Assembly (NCBI GenBank): GCA_963729625.1
Contig: CAVSOU010000007.1
Coordinates: 448,001 to 512,000 of the forward strand
From: an uncultured bacterium
GTDB lineage: Bacteria > Chloroflexota > UBA5177 > JANWHV01
Direction of reading: 5' to 3'
Length of the DNA: 64,000 bases
Shown: positions 1-10,455 of the stretch, one piece after another
Position numbering within the stretch: the first letter of the stretch is position 1
How the letters are laid out: every line of letters begins with the position of its first letter
Translations under genes and position numbers: made by a program
Notes under the pieces: model-generated
What the model saw: the letters and a program-made list of their open reading frames with translations, nothing else
The model's database searches: none
Told to the model about the DNA's origin: nothing

Positions 1-329
1 GCGGCGCCGCGCAACTGGGAGTCCAGCAGGAGAGCGGTCTCATGGTGCTGTCGGCGGTGGAGGGCGGTCCGGCCGCGCGCAACGGCCTGCTCCCGGGCGA
101 CATTCTCGTAGCGGCCGCGAAGTGGCCGCTCACCGACCATGAGGTGCTGCTTGGGGTGCTCCGGCAGTGTTCCGCCGGCACGCCGCTGCCGCTATCGATC
201 ATCCGCGCGGGCGCGCTGATGGAGGTCACGGCAATCCTCGGAGAGCGCGAGGCCGAGCCTTCAGGCCCGAACAGTGGGCGTTCGGCGGGAACCGGTGGGC
301 CCGAACACGGCTCAGCCAGGCAGCCGTGA
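1..329 (+). CDS. C-terminal PDZ domain of a probable HtrA/S1C-like protease (5' partial)
   Basis: VLSAVEGGPAARNGLLPGDIL...LSIIRAG is a typical PDZ pattern; TGA stop overlaps the next gene's GTG (GTGA). Confidence 0.65.
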   Translation, partial: GAAQLGVQQESGLMVLSAVEGGPAARNGLLPGDILVAAAKWPLTDHEVLLGVLRQCSAGTPLPLSIIRAGALMEVTAILGEREAEPSGPNSGRSAGTGGPEHGSARQP

Positions 330-970
330 TCAGAGTGCTGGTGGCCGCGGCATTTCCCACCGTGCGCGCCGGGCTCGCCGCCGTCCTGCGCGGCGAGCCC
401 GGCGTCGAAGTGGTTGGGGACGCGGCCGGCGCCGGAAAGCTCGCGGAGCTGGTCGCCACTCTGGAGCCGAATGCGGTGCTCGCGGAACTGGAGAGCGCGG
501 ACGACGAGATGGCCGACGCCGTGTGGCAGATCGCCGGCCGCAGCCTGGGCCCCGGTGTCGTGGTGGTATGCGACGCGACAGAGCGCTGGGCTCTCGACGC
601 GTTAAGGGCCGGGGTGCGCGGCGTGCTGCCGCGCGATGCCTCCGGCGGCGAGATGGCTGCTGCCGTGCTCGCCGCCGCCCATGGCCTCGTCGTGCTCGAT
701 GCTGCCTCGGTGCGGCCTCTCCTGCCGCGCGAATCCAGTCCCGTGGGCTCGGCGACCATGCCGGCCTTGAGCGAGGCGCTGACACCGCGTGAGCTGGAAG
801 TGTTGCGCCTGCTGAGCGAGGGTCTCGGGAACAAGATGATCTCGCGCCGCCTGGGTATCAGCGAGCACACGGTAAAGTTTCACGTCGGAGCAGTCATGGC
901 CAAGCTCAATGCCGGCAGCAGGACTGAGGCCGTAACGGTCGCGGCGCGGCGCGGGCTGATCTGGCTCTAA
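326..970 (+). CDS. NarL/LuxR-family response regulator (atypical receiver)
   Basis: GTG at 326 gives IRVLVAA...; C-terminal LTPRELEVLRLLSEGLGNKMISRRLGISEHTVKFHV LuxR HTH. Confidence 0.92.
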   Translation: MIRVLVAAAFPTVRAGLAAVLRGEPGVEVVGDAAGAGKLAELVATLEPNAVLAELESADDEMADAVWQIAGRSLGPGVVVVCDATERWALDALRAGVRGVLPRDASGGEMAAAVLAAAHGLVVLDAASVRPLLPRESSPVGSATMPALSEALTPRELEVLRLLSEGLGNKMISRRLGISEHTVKFHVGAVMAKLNAGSRTEAVTVAARRGLIWL

Positions 971-1046
971 GCGCTCGGGACACGATCGCAAAGCCATCGT
1001 CCTGCGGCAGCCGCCACCAGGCGCAACCGGTAGGTACAATGGGCGT

Positions 1047-1250
1047 GTGAGCATCTCGATCCGCGAATACCCGTCCTCCGACGCTGAAGCCGTGGCAAAG
1101 CGTACCTCATGCAAGGGACCGCGAGGCATGGTGTGGTAGCTGGAGTGCAGTTTGCGCGTATGGGTCCTCACCTGTTCGGCACGCTGCGCGCATCGGTGGC
1201 GCCGTGCGACGAACAGTGCGCTGCGTCGTCCTCGCGCATTCCGTACGTGA
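1047..1250 (+). pseudogene. Possible decayed GNAT acetyltransferase remnant
   Basis: TACAAT (1035-1040) 6 nt before GTG at 1047; reads SISIREYPSSDAEAVAK (GNAT-like start), TAG at 1137-1139, then in-frame LRVWVL. Confidence 0.25.
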
Positions 1251-1292
1251 GGCGTTGGATTGTGGCGTGCTGGCCGGCCCGGGAGAACTTCC

Positions 1293-1820
1293 CTGAGCAC
1301 GCATGAAACGAAAACGCCTACGGTACGCGTGCAGAAGCGGGATTGGCGCGGCAATGTTCGTCACGTCTGGCAGGGAGTCGTGCTCGCTCAGGACGCCGAA
1401 AGCCTGTTGCTTGAAGCAGTCTGGGAGGGGCCCGGCGAACCGGCGGTTGGCGAGCTCAGATTCGAGCGCGGCGATCGGTTTCTCGAATACTACTTCGTTG
1501 GGAAGAGCTATGCAATCTGGCGGATTGAGCGGCCGACCGGTGCACTGAAGGGCTGGTACTGCAATATCAGCAGGCCACTGCGAATGGAAGAGGGAATGCT
1601 CAGCTTTGACGACCTGCTTCTGGACGTGCTCGTCTATCCGGACGGCCGTTGCGTCGTCCTCGACCGGGACGAGCTGGAGCAGGCACGGCACAGCGGTCTG
1701 TCGGAAGCGGACACGCGTGTAGCCGAGTCGGCCCTGGATGCCGTGCTGGATCTCATACTCCACCAGCATCCGCCATTCGCGTTCTCCCATGCGCCGCGTG
1801 CGGTCGAGGACGACCGATGA
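1293..1820 (+). CDS. DUF402-domain protein
   Basis: FLEYYF...GWYCNISRP...DDLLLDVLVYPDG...LDRDEL motifs. Start uncertain: TTG 1260, or CTG 1293 with GGGAG 7 nt upstream. Confidence 0.85.
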   Translation: MSTHETKTPTVRVQKRDWRGNVRHVWQGVVLAQDAESLLLEAVWEGPGEPAVGELRFERGDRFLEYYFVGKSYAIWRIERPTGALKGWYCNISRPLRMEEGMLSFDDLLLDVLVYPDGRCVVLDRDELEQARHSGLSEADTRVAESALDAVLDLILHQHPPFAFSHAPRAVEDDR

Positions 1821-2333
1821 GATCGATCGCGACGCGATCTTCCGCTCGCGATAAGGTCATCGTCTGGCTGTGGCGTCGCCTGCCGTTCCCCGGGCCCGTG
1901 AAGGGCGCGGTCGCCTGGCTGGCCAACGTGCGCTTTGCCGTCGGCGTGGCCGCCATCATTCCTGATAAGGACGGCAGGGTCATGATGGTGAAGCACACAT
2001 ATCGGCGCGCTACCAGGGAGTGGGGGTTGCCCGGCGGATGGGCCAAGGGTGCGGGAGAGGTTGGAGCAGGCCCTGACGCGCGAGCTGCGCGAAGAGACAG
2101 GGCTGGAGATCGTGGTCGAAAGGGTCGTGGCCGTACACAGTGGGTTCGTGGTACCGCGCATGACCGTCTTTTACCTCGCCCGCATTGCCGGCGGGACATT
2201 CCAGCCCAGCGCCGAGGTATCGACCTACGAGTTTCGCTTTCCCCGAGAGATGTCCGGTTGGCTGGATGGGGAAAGGGAAGCAGCGATGCAGGCACTTGGT
2301 CCCACAACCGCCCGCGACGACCACAGGGACTGA
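1817..2333 (+). pseudogene. Nudix hydrolase with a 1-nt frameshift near 2051
   Basis: ATG 1817 frame reads ...WGLPGGWAKG; the +1 frame continues RERLEQALTRELREETGL. Removing one base restores the Gx5Ex7REUxEExGU Nudix box exactly. Confidence 0.85.
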
Positions 2334-2345
2334 CCGCCGTTCGCG

Positions 2346-4991
2346 CTACGACCGCTCATCGTGCCGATCGCCCAGATCGCCCAGCGCCTCCGCCTCGCCT
2401 CCGGGCACGCTGCTGCCATCCCCGGGCAGCTCGCAAGGTATCGGCGGTGCGTAGAGGGTGCGCACGGCTACGTCCAGCGGAAACAGTAGCAGCGCCAGCA
2501 GCGCTATGGTGGGCCAGATGTCGTCACGCGTCGAGTAGCGGGCGAGCCCAGCAGGGTCAAACGCTCCGGACGGCCTGTCGATCGTCGCCGCGCCACCGGC
2601 CGCGGCAATCGCGGCAAGCAGGTCCAGGTCCGGCTGCATGCCCCTGTACTCCACCGGGTAAGGCACGACGACTGCCGCGCTGGTCTGCCGGATGAGTGCT
2701 GAATTATCATACTGATCCAGGTTCACCTTGTACACGCCTTGCGGCAGGCTTGGCGCCGTGCCCGCGTAGTGGCCTGGAGCATCCTGGCTCAGCGTGAGCG
2801 TGCTCGAGTAGCCCGAAGCGCTCGTAATGGCCGCGCGAGTGGTTAGCAAGTTGGCGAAGCCGCCGTGCGGGGTCAGAGAGTCCACTCCTATCTGGAGACC
2901 CTGTCCAGTCACCTCCAGGGTCGGGTTGAGTGCCTGCGCGCTTACGTCCGGTAGCAGGCCATGCACGAGATCCGACCAGAACGGAGTCTCCTTCAGCCAG
3001 GTTTGCGCCCAGCCGGCCGTGGTACCGCCAGTCCACACGCTCACCTGGCCCAGGCCGAAGTGCCATTGCGCCAGCACGGGATCGCCGAGAAGCGATTGCA
3101 GGAGCACCTGCGCATTGACCTTGGGCGTGACGATATTGTACGCGTGGAGGTTCGGCAGCTTCGTGCCGACGAGCGACCGCAGCGCCGGGTCGTCCGCTGC
3201 CTGACGCACGCCGAGGTCGCCCTGGACGAGGGTGGGCCCGCTGCTGATGCGCGTCTCCAGCACCACGAATCGCGGGATATCGTGCGGATCGGAGGTTGCA
3301 TAGAAGCGACCATCGCCAAGGGTTGCCCAGTTCTGCAATTCGTCCACTTCGGCGTCGCTGCCGACGGCAATCGTGGAGAGCGTAATGCCGTTGGCCTTCA
3401 TCTGCGCTATGAGCGTGGTGAACGGCGCGTCGGTCTCCCCTTGTCCGTCAGTGATCAGGACGACATGTTTAAATGGCGCGTTGCTGTTGAAGAGATAGCG
3501 AGCAGCCCGACGCAGTGCGGGGTAGATCACCGTGTTGCCGAAGGCCTCCACCTTCTGAATCGCTTTCTTCGCCGTGCTCTGCTTTGCTGCGTTGCCGACG
3601 GTGCCGAATGGCACGACCACATGCGTCGTGTCGTCGAACGAGATCACGCCGAAGCTGTCGTTCGGTTGCAGATGATCGATCGCCTCGATCGCTGCGGTTT
3701 GCGCCATGCTCTCCTTCGAGACGCCCTTCATGAGCTCGCTCATGCTGCCCGATTGGTCGATGACCAGAATCAACCCAACGCCGCCGTGGCCGGCATGAGC
3801 TTCGGCAGTGCTGTCTACCGGGAGCATCTGTTCGAGGGGGGTGCCGGAGTAGCCGCCAATGGCGAAACTCTCCGGCCCGCCTGCCACCAACATGCCGGCG
3901 CCCTGGTCCTGCACCGCTGCATGGAGCGCGGTCACCGCTGACGGCGCCAGCGCTGAAGCCGGAATATCCGCCAGCACGACCGCCGCGTATGGAGCCAGGC
4001 TCAGTGCGGTGCGCGGAGCGTCGGCGGCTCGCTCGAGCGTGACCTGAAAACCGGCGCTCTCGAGCGTGTGAACCAGGGCAGAGGGTTCCGTCAGATCACG
4101 GGCCAGCACCAGGATGTCCGGCGCCGTCTTCGTCGTGGTAACTGCGTCGAGCGCATTGTTCTGCGGCACCGGGTCTCCCTGAGCCTGTGCCTCTACGTGG
4201 AACACGTGGGTGCCCGGGCTGCCCACCGTCTGCGCGAAGAAGAAGGTGTTGAGGCCGGCGTTGAGGGAGAGTGTTCGCTGACCGAGCGCGGCGCCATCCA
4301 GGGAAAGCCGCACGGTCGTGCTCATTGCCCGGTCGGCCTGGAGCCCGATCCGCAGAGTAATGTGCTCGCCCGTCTTGGTCGACGATGGAACGGAGGCATC
4401 GACGACCGAGACGTCGCCGCGCGGGATGGAGACTACCGGCACTACCGAGATGGGCACGCGCTGACCGGCGGCCTCCTGCGCGGCAAGCAGGGCGTCTCCC
4501 TCGGTTTGACGCCCATCACTCAACAGGACAATTCTGGCCGATCGACTGGCAGGCAAGCTGTCAAGCGCCAACCGCAGCGCTGCCTCGATGTTGGTGCCGC
4601 TGGGGTCTGCCGCCGGGAGCGGCGGCATCGTCTTCCCCGCGATCTGCCCCGACCAGGCGGGCTCCTTTCCAACAGAGACGATCGACGCGTCGTCGTCCGA
4701 AGTGCGCGCCGCGAGCGCCGAGCGCACCCATGTGGCTGCTGCGTCCTGGGCGGCTGGACTCAGCGTGCCGGACCGGTCGACGACAAAGACGACATCAACA
4801 CCGGCTGCAGCCCGGCTGACACGCGGTCCGGCCAGGGCAAGAACCAGCAGCAACGCGATGAGCACGCGAATCAGAAGCGCGACCATCGCGCGGAGCCACG
4901 GCAAGCGCTGGAGCCGCTCGCGACTCATTCGGTGCATGAGCAAGGCGATCGGCACAAGTACGAGCAGCACGAGCGGATGGGTTATCTCCAT
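2346..4991 (-). CDS. Membrane-anchored double-VWA protein with glutamine-amidotransferase-like domain
   Basis: MIDAS motifs VDRSGT and IDQSGSM; LLSDG and LITDGQ; GGPESFAIGGY segment; N- and C-terminal TM helices. Confidence 0.88.
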   Translation of the reverse strand: MEITHPLVLLVLVPIALLMHRMSRERLQRLPWLRAMVALLIRVLIALLLVLALAGPRVSRAAAGVDVVFVVDRSGTLSPAAQDAAATWVRSALAARTSDDDASIVSVGKEPAWSGQIAGKTMPPLPAADPSGTNIEAALRLALDSLPASRSARIVLLSDGRQTEGDALLAAQEAAGQRVPISVVPVVSIPRGDVSVVDASVPSSTKTGEHITLRIGLQADRAMSTTVRLSLDGAALGQRTLSLNAGLNTFFFAQTVGSPGTHVFHVEAQAQGDPVPQNNALDAVTTTKTAPDILVLARDLTEPSALVHTLESAGFQVTLERAADAPRTALSLAPYAAVVLADIPASALAPSAVTALHAAVQDQGAGMLVAGGPESFAIGGYSGTPLEQMLPVDSTAEAHAGHGGVGLILVIDQSGSMSELMKGVSKESMAQTAAIEAIDHLQPNDSFGVISFDDTTHVVVPFGTVGNAAKQSTAKKAIQKVEAFGNTVIYPALRRAARYLFNSNAPFKHVVLITDGQGETDAPFTTLIAQMKANGITLSTIAVGSDAEVDELQNWATLGDGRFYATSDPHDIPRFVVLETRISSGPTLVQGDLGVRQAADDPALRSLVGTKLPNLHAYNIVTPKVNAQVLLQSLLGDPVLAQWHFGLGQVSVWTGGTTAGWAQTWLKETPFWSDLVHGLLPDVSAQALNPTLEVTGQGLQIGVDSLTPHGGFANLLTTRAAITSASGYSSTLTLSQDAPGHYAGTAPSLPQGVYKVNLDQYDNSALIRQTSAAVVVPYPVEYRGMQPDLDLLAAIAAAGGAATIDRPSGAFDPAGLARYSTRDDIWPTIALLALLLFPLDVAVRTLYAPPIPCELPGDGSSVPGGEAEALGDLGDRHDERS

Positions 4992-5000
4992 CGATCGCCC

Positions 5001-6767
5001 TCACGTTCTCCTGGCATAGAACCACCACTCAGCGCTCAGTGCCAGCAGCGCCAGCAACAGCGCGAGCGGCCACGCGTCGGCCTGGATTTCGCCGGGACCG
5101 TTTGATCGCGCCCACCGCTCGCCGCCGGCCGCCACGATCGCCGCTCCAGGACTTGATGCGTTCGCGGCAAACAGCGCCTGTCCGCTAGTCCTTCCTCCGG
5201 TGCCCGCGGCAACCGCATAGATGCCCGGCATGGCAGCATGCACGGATTGACCGGTCTGCACGGCGCCTGACGGATCGATCACCGACGCGACGTCGCTGGG
5301 CAAGGATACCGAGTCGCCCACAGCCACGTCTGACGGTGGTTGCGGGAGGAGCCACTGCACGAGCCTGGTCATCAGCAGAGGAAAAGCGACGTTTTGCGCG
5401 AACGGGCTGTGACCGGCGTCGAACGGAAGCAGCACCGTACGCGCGCCGGACCAGCTTCCGGCTGCCAGGATCGGGCCGTTCTTGCTCCCGATCACCACGT
5501 GCGCCCAGGATGGCGTGCTGATCGAATCGCCGGTCACCGCCAGGCCGTACAGGTCCAGTCCCCGCACCAGCGGATCAGCCGTATCGATGGTGCTTGCAGC
5601 CAGAAACGCATTCGCGGACTTGACCGTGACGGAGGTCGAGGAGGGAGGTGGGTTGACGATCAGGAGCGGCATTGGCGGCATGCTGTCGGGTGGGAAGCCG
5701 TCAAGCACGAGGAGGTCGTAGCGCTGGTAACCGGAGTACCGGAAGTTGCTCGTGGGCATGAGCTGCACGGAAAGGCCCGGTATCGCGCGCAGCGCCACGA
5801 GCAGCCGGCCTGGGTCATCCGCGACAAGGAGAACCTTGAGCGGTGCGGGAGCCGGTACGAGCGCCCAAGCCGTATTGTCCGGCTCCAGTGCGTCCAACCG
5901 AAGGAGAGAAGCCTTCAGCACGCGCGCACCCGGTGGGATGGAAAATGTCAGATCGAGCGAGCCATATGCCGGAATAGAAAGGGCCTGCTGGCCCAGCGAG
6001 TGGCCATCTGCCCACGCCGCGAAGTCGTCTCGCCGCACCGACGCGGCGCTGCTGCGGACGCGGGCAAATGCCTGGCATTGGGCGTCCTTGGCCAGGCAGC
6101 GGACGGACAGCGCGTCGATGCTCTGATCGTTCAGGGAAGGGGCGCCGATCCTCTCAACTTCCAGTGGAAGGCCGCTACTCGCAAAAGAGGGGGTCTCTGG
6201 TGCGGCGACGTAGGTGAACCGTGGCGAGCCCTTTTCGGTCACGAGTCCGCGGGCAATGGCTGTGGCCCCGGCAAGGTCGGCGACGCCCTGCGACACGCTC
6301 AGCTGGCTGACCGCCCTGGCAAGGTCGATATTGCCCGGGATCTCGCCCACAAGCCGTGCATGCGGGCCCGCGAGGATCACGCTCATACTGTCGGACGATC
6401 CAAGTCGCGCGATCATGTCTTCGATGCGCCGCTGTCCTGCAGCGAACCGCGTCTCGGCCACATCTGTTGCCGCCATCGCTACGGAGCCATCCAGCACGAC
6501 GATCTCGTGCACGTGGGCCGGCTCTGAGAGACGTGGCCCGGCGAAGAGGAACGTCAGCAGCAGGACCGCAATCAACTGGAAGAGCAGCAGCGGCTCGCGA
6601 AATGGCAAGTGCCGGTGCGGCGTGTGGCTGATCGTTGCCAGGGCCTCGCTCCACAACCACGTGCTGGAAACGGCCTGGCGGCGGTGCCGTGCCCTCCACA
6701 TGTAGAAGGAAATGAGCAAAGGGGCCAGGAGCAATCCCAGAAGTGCAAATGGCTGGGTGAAGCTCAT
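5001..6767 (-). CDS. BatA-like N-terminal plus VWA-domain protein
   Basis: Starts MSFTQPFALLGLLLAPLLISFY (BatA-like); LDGSVAM; C-terminal WPLALLLALLALSAEWW; ATG overlaps the DUF58 stop. Confidence 0.85.
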   Translation of the reverse strand: MSFTQPFALLGLLLAPLLISFYMWRARHRRQAVSSTWLWSEALATISHTPHRHLPFREPLLLFQLIAVLLLTFLFAGPRLSEPAHVHEIVVLDGSVAMAATDVAETRFAAGQRRIEDMIARLGSSDSMSVILAGPHARLVGEIPGNIDLARAVSQLSVSQGVADLAGATAIARGLVTEKGSPRFTYVAAPETPSFASSGLPLEVERIGAPSLNDQSIDALSVRCLAKDAQCQAFARVRSSAASVRRDDFAAWADGHSLGQQALSIPAYGSLDLTFSIPPGARVLKASLLRLDALEPDNTAWALVPAPAPLKVLLVADDPGRLLVALRAIPGLSVQLMPTSNFRYSGYQRYDLLVLDGFPPDSMPPMPLLIVNPPPSSTSVTVKSANAFLAASTIDTADPLVRGLDLYGLAVTGDSISTPSWAHVVIGSKNGPILAAGSWSGARTVLLPFDAGHSPFAQNVAFPLLMTRLVQWLLPQPPSDVAVGDSVSLPSDVASVIDPSGAVQTGQSVHAAMPGIYAVAAGTGGRTSGQALFAANASSPGAAIVAAGGERWARSNGPGEIQADAWPLALLLALLALSAEWWFYARRT

Positions 6768-7705
6768 TGCACTAACCGCCCGCGGACTGCGGTGAACAGC
6801 ACTTCTTCCAGAGGCTGGTCCGTGAGCAGGCGGACGAACGGCGCATGCTGAACCAGGCTGGCTGCCTCCAGCTCGGCCGTCCAGTTGGCGAACCTCGCTG
6901 AATACGCCTTGAGCGCCGGCGCGTTCACATCGGCGAGCAAGGTGCCTCCCGTTTCGCAATCCACCAGATTCAACGCGCCCTCGATTCTCGGCCGCACCTC
7001 CTCGGGCGCCAGTACTTGAATGACAGCGGGCTCCAGCCCAATATGTCGCAGTGAGCCCAGGATCCCCTCAAGGCTCGAGGGCGATATCAGATCCGAGATC
7101 AGCACGCACAGGCCGCGACGAGGCTTGGAGCAGTATGAGCGGATGGCTGCTGCAAGATCCAGGGCACCCTGGGGCTTGAGATCCTCAAGCACAGTGAGCA
7201 GACGGCCGGTCTCGTTCTTCGCACGCAGGCGCGGCAAAACATGCGCGCTTTCCGCGCGAAGGAGCGTGATCATCACGCTATCGTAGCGGGCAAGCGCCAG
7301 GCAACCGAGTGCCGCCGCGATGCGCTGCGCGGTGCGGAACTTGGTCGGGGCGCCAAAGGCCATCGATGCGCTGCAGTCCACGAGGAGATGCAATGTCGTC
7401 GCCTCGGCTGCTTCGGTGAGCCGGAGCGTCAGCTGGCCGAGGCGCGCATACACATTCCAGTCGATGAGGCGGATATCGTCCCCGGGGCGGTAGTCGCGAT
7501 AGTCGGCAAACTCAACCGAATGCGCTTTCCGGACGCTGGAGTGCTCCCCCACGAAACCGGTCGTGCTGCGCCGGCCGACGCTCAGGCTGAGCCCTTCGAT
7601 CCGCTTGAGAAACGCGCTGCTGAGCAACGGCCCGCCGAGATCGGGGGTCGCCGTATCTGCCCAGCCACGCCACGCTTCACGACGAAGACGAGAAAGCCAA
7701 TTCAC
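6764..7705 (-). CDS. DUF58-domain protein
   Basis: EFADYRDYRPGDDIRLIDWNVYAR and LVDCSASM motifs; lies downstream of MoxR. Confidence 0.93.
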   Translation of the reverse strand: MNWLSRLRREAWRGWADTATPDLGGPLLSSAFLKRIEGLSLSVGRRSTTGFVGEHSSVRKAHSVEFADYRDYRPGDDIRLIDWNVYARLGQLTLRLTEAAEATTLHLLVDCSASMAFGAPTKFRTAQRIAAALGCLALARYDSVMITLLRAESAHVLPRLRAKNETGRLLTVLEDLKPQGALDLAAAIRSYCSKPRRGLCVLISDLISPSSLEGILGSLRHIGLEPAVIQVLAPEEVRPRIEGALNLVDCETGGTLLADVNAPALKAYSARFANWTAELEAASLVQHAPFVRLLTDQPLEEVLFTAVRGRLVQ

Positions 7706-7723
7706 CGGACACCTCAGCCGCTG

Positions 7724-8704
7724 TCAGTGCGGCACTTCGGGCACAGCGCCGACGATCTGATCCAGGATCGAGTCGACGGTGAGTCCGCGCGCTTCCGCCT
7801 CGAAATTGAGGCAAATGCGATGCCGGAGCGCCGGATGCACCGCTGCCCGCACGTCGTCATATGAGAGGTTGAAGCGGCCGTCCATCAGGCTGAAGATGCG
7901 GCCTGCCAGTGTGATGGCCTGTGCACCTCGGGGGCTGGCGCCTATGCGGATGTATTTGCGCGTCACTTCCGGCGCACCGGGAAGATCAGGCTGAGTAGCA
8001 AGCACGACGCGCACCGCGTAGTCCAGGACGTGGGAGGCCATAGGCACTTCGCACACCAGCCGGTTCATGGCGATGAGCGTGTCTCCCCCCGCGACGGGCC
8101 GCGAGATCGCAACGTCCGCGGCAGACGTGCGGCGCACGATCGTGGCGAGCTCGCCGCGGAACGGGTACGTCACGAGAAGCTTGAAGAAGAAGCGGTCGAG
8201 CTGCGCTTCGGGCAGCGGGTAGGTCCCTTCCATCTCGATGGGATTCTGCGTGGCCAGCACGAAGAAGGGCTCAGGTAGAGCGTGCGAGACGGTGCCCGCC
8301 GTTACGGTCCGTTCCTGCATTGCCTCCAGCAAGGCGCTCTGCGTCTTGGGCGTAGCACGGTTGATCTCGTCCGCGAGCACCAGGTTCGCGAACACAGGCC
8401 CTCCTTGGAATGTGAGACTGCGACGTCCCATCTCGTCCTCGGAGACGATATTCGTCCCGGTGATATCGGCAGGCATGAGGTCGGGTGTGAACTGAATGCG
8501 GCCGAACTGAAGACCCAGCGCACCGGCAAAGGCGCGAACAAGGCTCGTCTTTCCCAGGCCCGGCACTCCCTCGAGCAGGACGTGGCCGTTTCCGAGCATT
8601 GCCGTGAGCACGCCGCGGGTCACCGCCTCCTGCCCGACGATCACCGTGGAGATCTCCTGGAGGATGCGACGCACGCTCTCCTGGAATTCCTCAGGCGTGA
8701 TCAT
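7724..8704 (-). CDS. moxR: MoxR-family AAA+ ATPase
   Basis: GVPGLGKT Walker [60 protein letters not shown]. Confidence 0.95.
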   Translation of the reverse strand: MITPEEFQESVRRILQEISTVIVGQEAVTRGVLTAMLGNGHVLLEGVPGLGKTSLVRAFAGALGLQFGRIQFTPDLMPADITGTNIVSEDEMGRRSLTFQGGPVFANLVLADEINRATPKTQSALLEAMQERTVTAGTVSHALPEPFFVLATQNPIEMEGTYPLPEAQLDRFFFKLLVTYPFRGELATIVRRTSAADVAISRPVAGGDTLIAMNRLVCEVPMASHVLDYAVRVVLATQPDLPGAPEVTRKYIRIGASPRGAQAITLAGRIFSLMDGRFNLSYDDVRAAVHPALRHRICLNFEAEARGLTVDSILDQIVGAVPEVPH

Positions 8705-10455
8705 GAGCCGGTGCCATTGCCGAAATACGCCTGCACCAGGGCCTGCTCATCGGGCGACAACATGAAAGTCTGTTCCGGCACGTACCCCTCCACAGTACCT
8801 GATCCGCCGCCACTGGGTCCTTGCAGTGCCTCGCCCGGCTCGGCGCCATAAGGCATGACGCGCACGAGGTCCGGACCTTGACCTCCTCCGCTGCCGATAG
8901 TCGCCTTTCCTTGCACTTCTATCGTGGTCGTGTGAGTGGGTCCCGACGACTTGCCGCCGCCTGTCTGCGGACTGTTGGGTGAAGATGGAAGCGATGAGCC
9001 CGACCGATTGTACGGCCGGCCGTCAGGCGAGTTATCGGCGCTGTTGCCGCCGCCAGTCCCTTGCTGCGCCCCGGCTGAGCCACGCTGTCCTGGAGACGTC
9101 CCGGAACCTCCGGGCTTAACGGTCTTCGTGCTGTTGCCGGGAGGAGTTTGGCCGGACTTGTTCTTCGGCGCAGAGGGATCGACGCCAAACGGGTTGGCTT
9201 GGGAGCTGCCGCGTTGTTGGCCGGATGCCTGCGAAGATTGCCGTCCGGAATGGCTCTGCGTCTGATTCTGACCCTGAGAAATTTGCGATCCTGCGGGCGA
9301 GCGGGGTGGCGCCTGGCTGGGTGATCCCTGAGCACCGTTGTCTAGCTGTTGCTGAACGCCCTGCTGCGGCTGATTGCTGTTGGCATTGGGGCCATGCTGG
9401 CCCTGGCCGGTGCCGCTATTGCCGCCCTTCTGGGACGAGCCCTGTGGACTTGCAGGGCTCGACTGGCTCGATCCAGCCGGCCGTTGAGATTTGCCGGAGT
9501 TGCCGGACGCGGGCGGCTGCCTGGCGGCCTTTGTGCTCTTCGACGACGCGGCTCCATTCAAATGCGCCACTTGCAACGCAGCGCCGGTAGTGTCTTGCGT
9601 CGCGGCATTGCCCGAGCTGGGACCTAGCCGAATCTGCAGCGACGACGACAGCAAGGGCTGGCTCGTGGCGACCGCGTGAATTCCCGTGCGCGCGCCCCCG
9701 TGCGGCAGCGCCGGCGCAACCTTCAAGGGTGCACGCACCGCGAGCCGCTGGCCGGACGTGGCTCGAGCCACGGGACCGGGCGACCTTATAGAAGTGTTTT
9801 GACTCGGGACGGCAGAAGATGCTGATTCGACGCCCGACGTTGTTTGCCCGGGAATCACAACGCTGAGCACGCCGACAAGCGCGACCGCGACTGCGAGGGC
9901 CCAAGGACCCTGTTGTCGCACGTCCATCGGTCGAGCCGGCAGCCTGCCGGCCAGATCCATGGCCCTGGCCACCTGGCGCCCAGCGAGAGAATGCTCGTTC
10001 GCGTTCGGGTCCTGCTCCAGGGCGGTGCCGAGCTGCTCGTGCAGCTCAAAACGGTGGTCGAGCCAGTACGCCGTCTCCTGGATACTGGGCTTGTTTGCGA
10101 TGCACAGCCAGATTCCGGCAAACAGGAAGAAGAGCGCGGGCGCCCAAACGGCAAGATCTGGCGCGGACGGCAGCAGGCGCGCCAGGAGAAAATGCGCTAC
10201 CACGACATACGATGAGGCAGCGAGCACGCCTCGAGCCAGCAGAACGAGCGAGCGTTGCCGCCACAGCCAGCGGCGATGTGGGTGAAGCGCGTCGGCCAGC
10301 GATCCGTGCATGGCGCGACTGGCGGCGGATGGCCGCAATCGCGGGATGCTGAGCAGGAGCTCCTGGAAATCCGAGTGATCGAGCGCGCCGGCAAGAACAT
10401 GCCGCAGTCGAACGCCGAGCGTGTCTGCAAGTCGTCGCCAAGCCAAAGCACTCAC
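8701..10455 (-). CDS. Membrane protein with long Gly/Ser/Gln/Pro low-complexity tail (first gene of the MoxR operon)
   Basis: TM segments, LDHRFELHEQLGTALE, disordered tail ending LVQAYF; stop overlaps the moxR ATG. Confidence 0.75.
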   Translation of the reverse strand: MSALAWRRLADTLGVRLRHVLAGALDHSDFQELLLSIPRLRPSAASRAMHGSLADALHPHRRWLWRQRSLVLLARGVLAASSYVVVAHFLLARLLPSAPDLAVWAPALFFLFAGIWLCIANKPSIQETAYWLDHRFELHEQLGTALEQDPNANEHSLAGRQVARAMDLAGRLPARPMDVRQQGPWALAVAVALVGVLSVVIPGQTTSGVESASSAVPSQNTSIRSPGPVARATSGQRLAVRAPLKVAPALPHGGARTGIHAVATSQPLLSSSLQIRLGPSSGNAATQDTTGAALQVAHLNGAASSKSTKAARQPPASGNSGKSQRPAGSSQSSPASPQGSSQKGGNSGTGQGQHGPNANSNQPQQGVQQQLDNGAQGSPSQAPPRSPAGSQISQGQNQTQSHSGRQSSQASGQQRGSSQANPFGVDPSAPKNKSGQTPPGNSTKTVKPGGSGTSPGQRGSAGAQQGTGGGNSADNSPDGRPYNRSGSSLPSSPNSPQTGGGKSSGPTHTTTIEVQGKATIGSGGGQGPDLVRVMPYGAEPGEALQGPSGGGSGTVEGYVPEQTFMLSPDEQALVQAYFGNGTGS

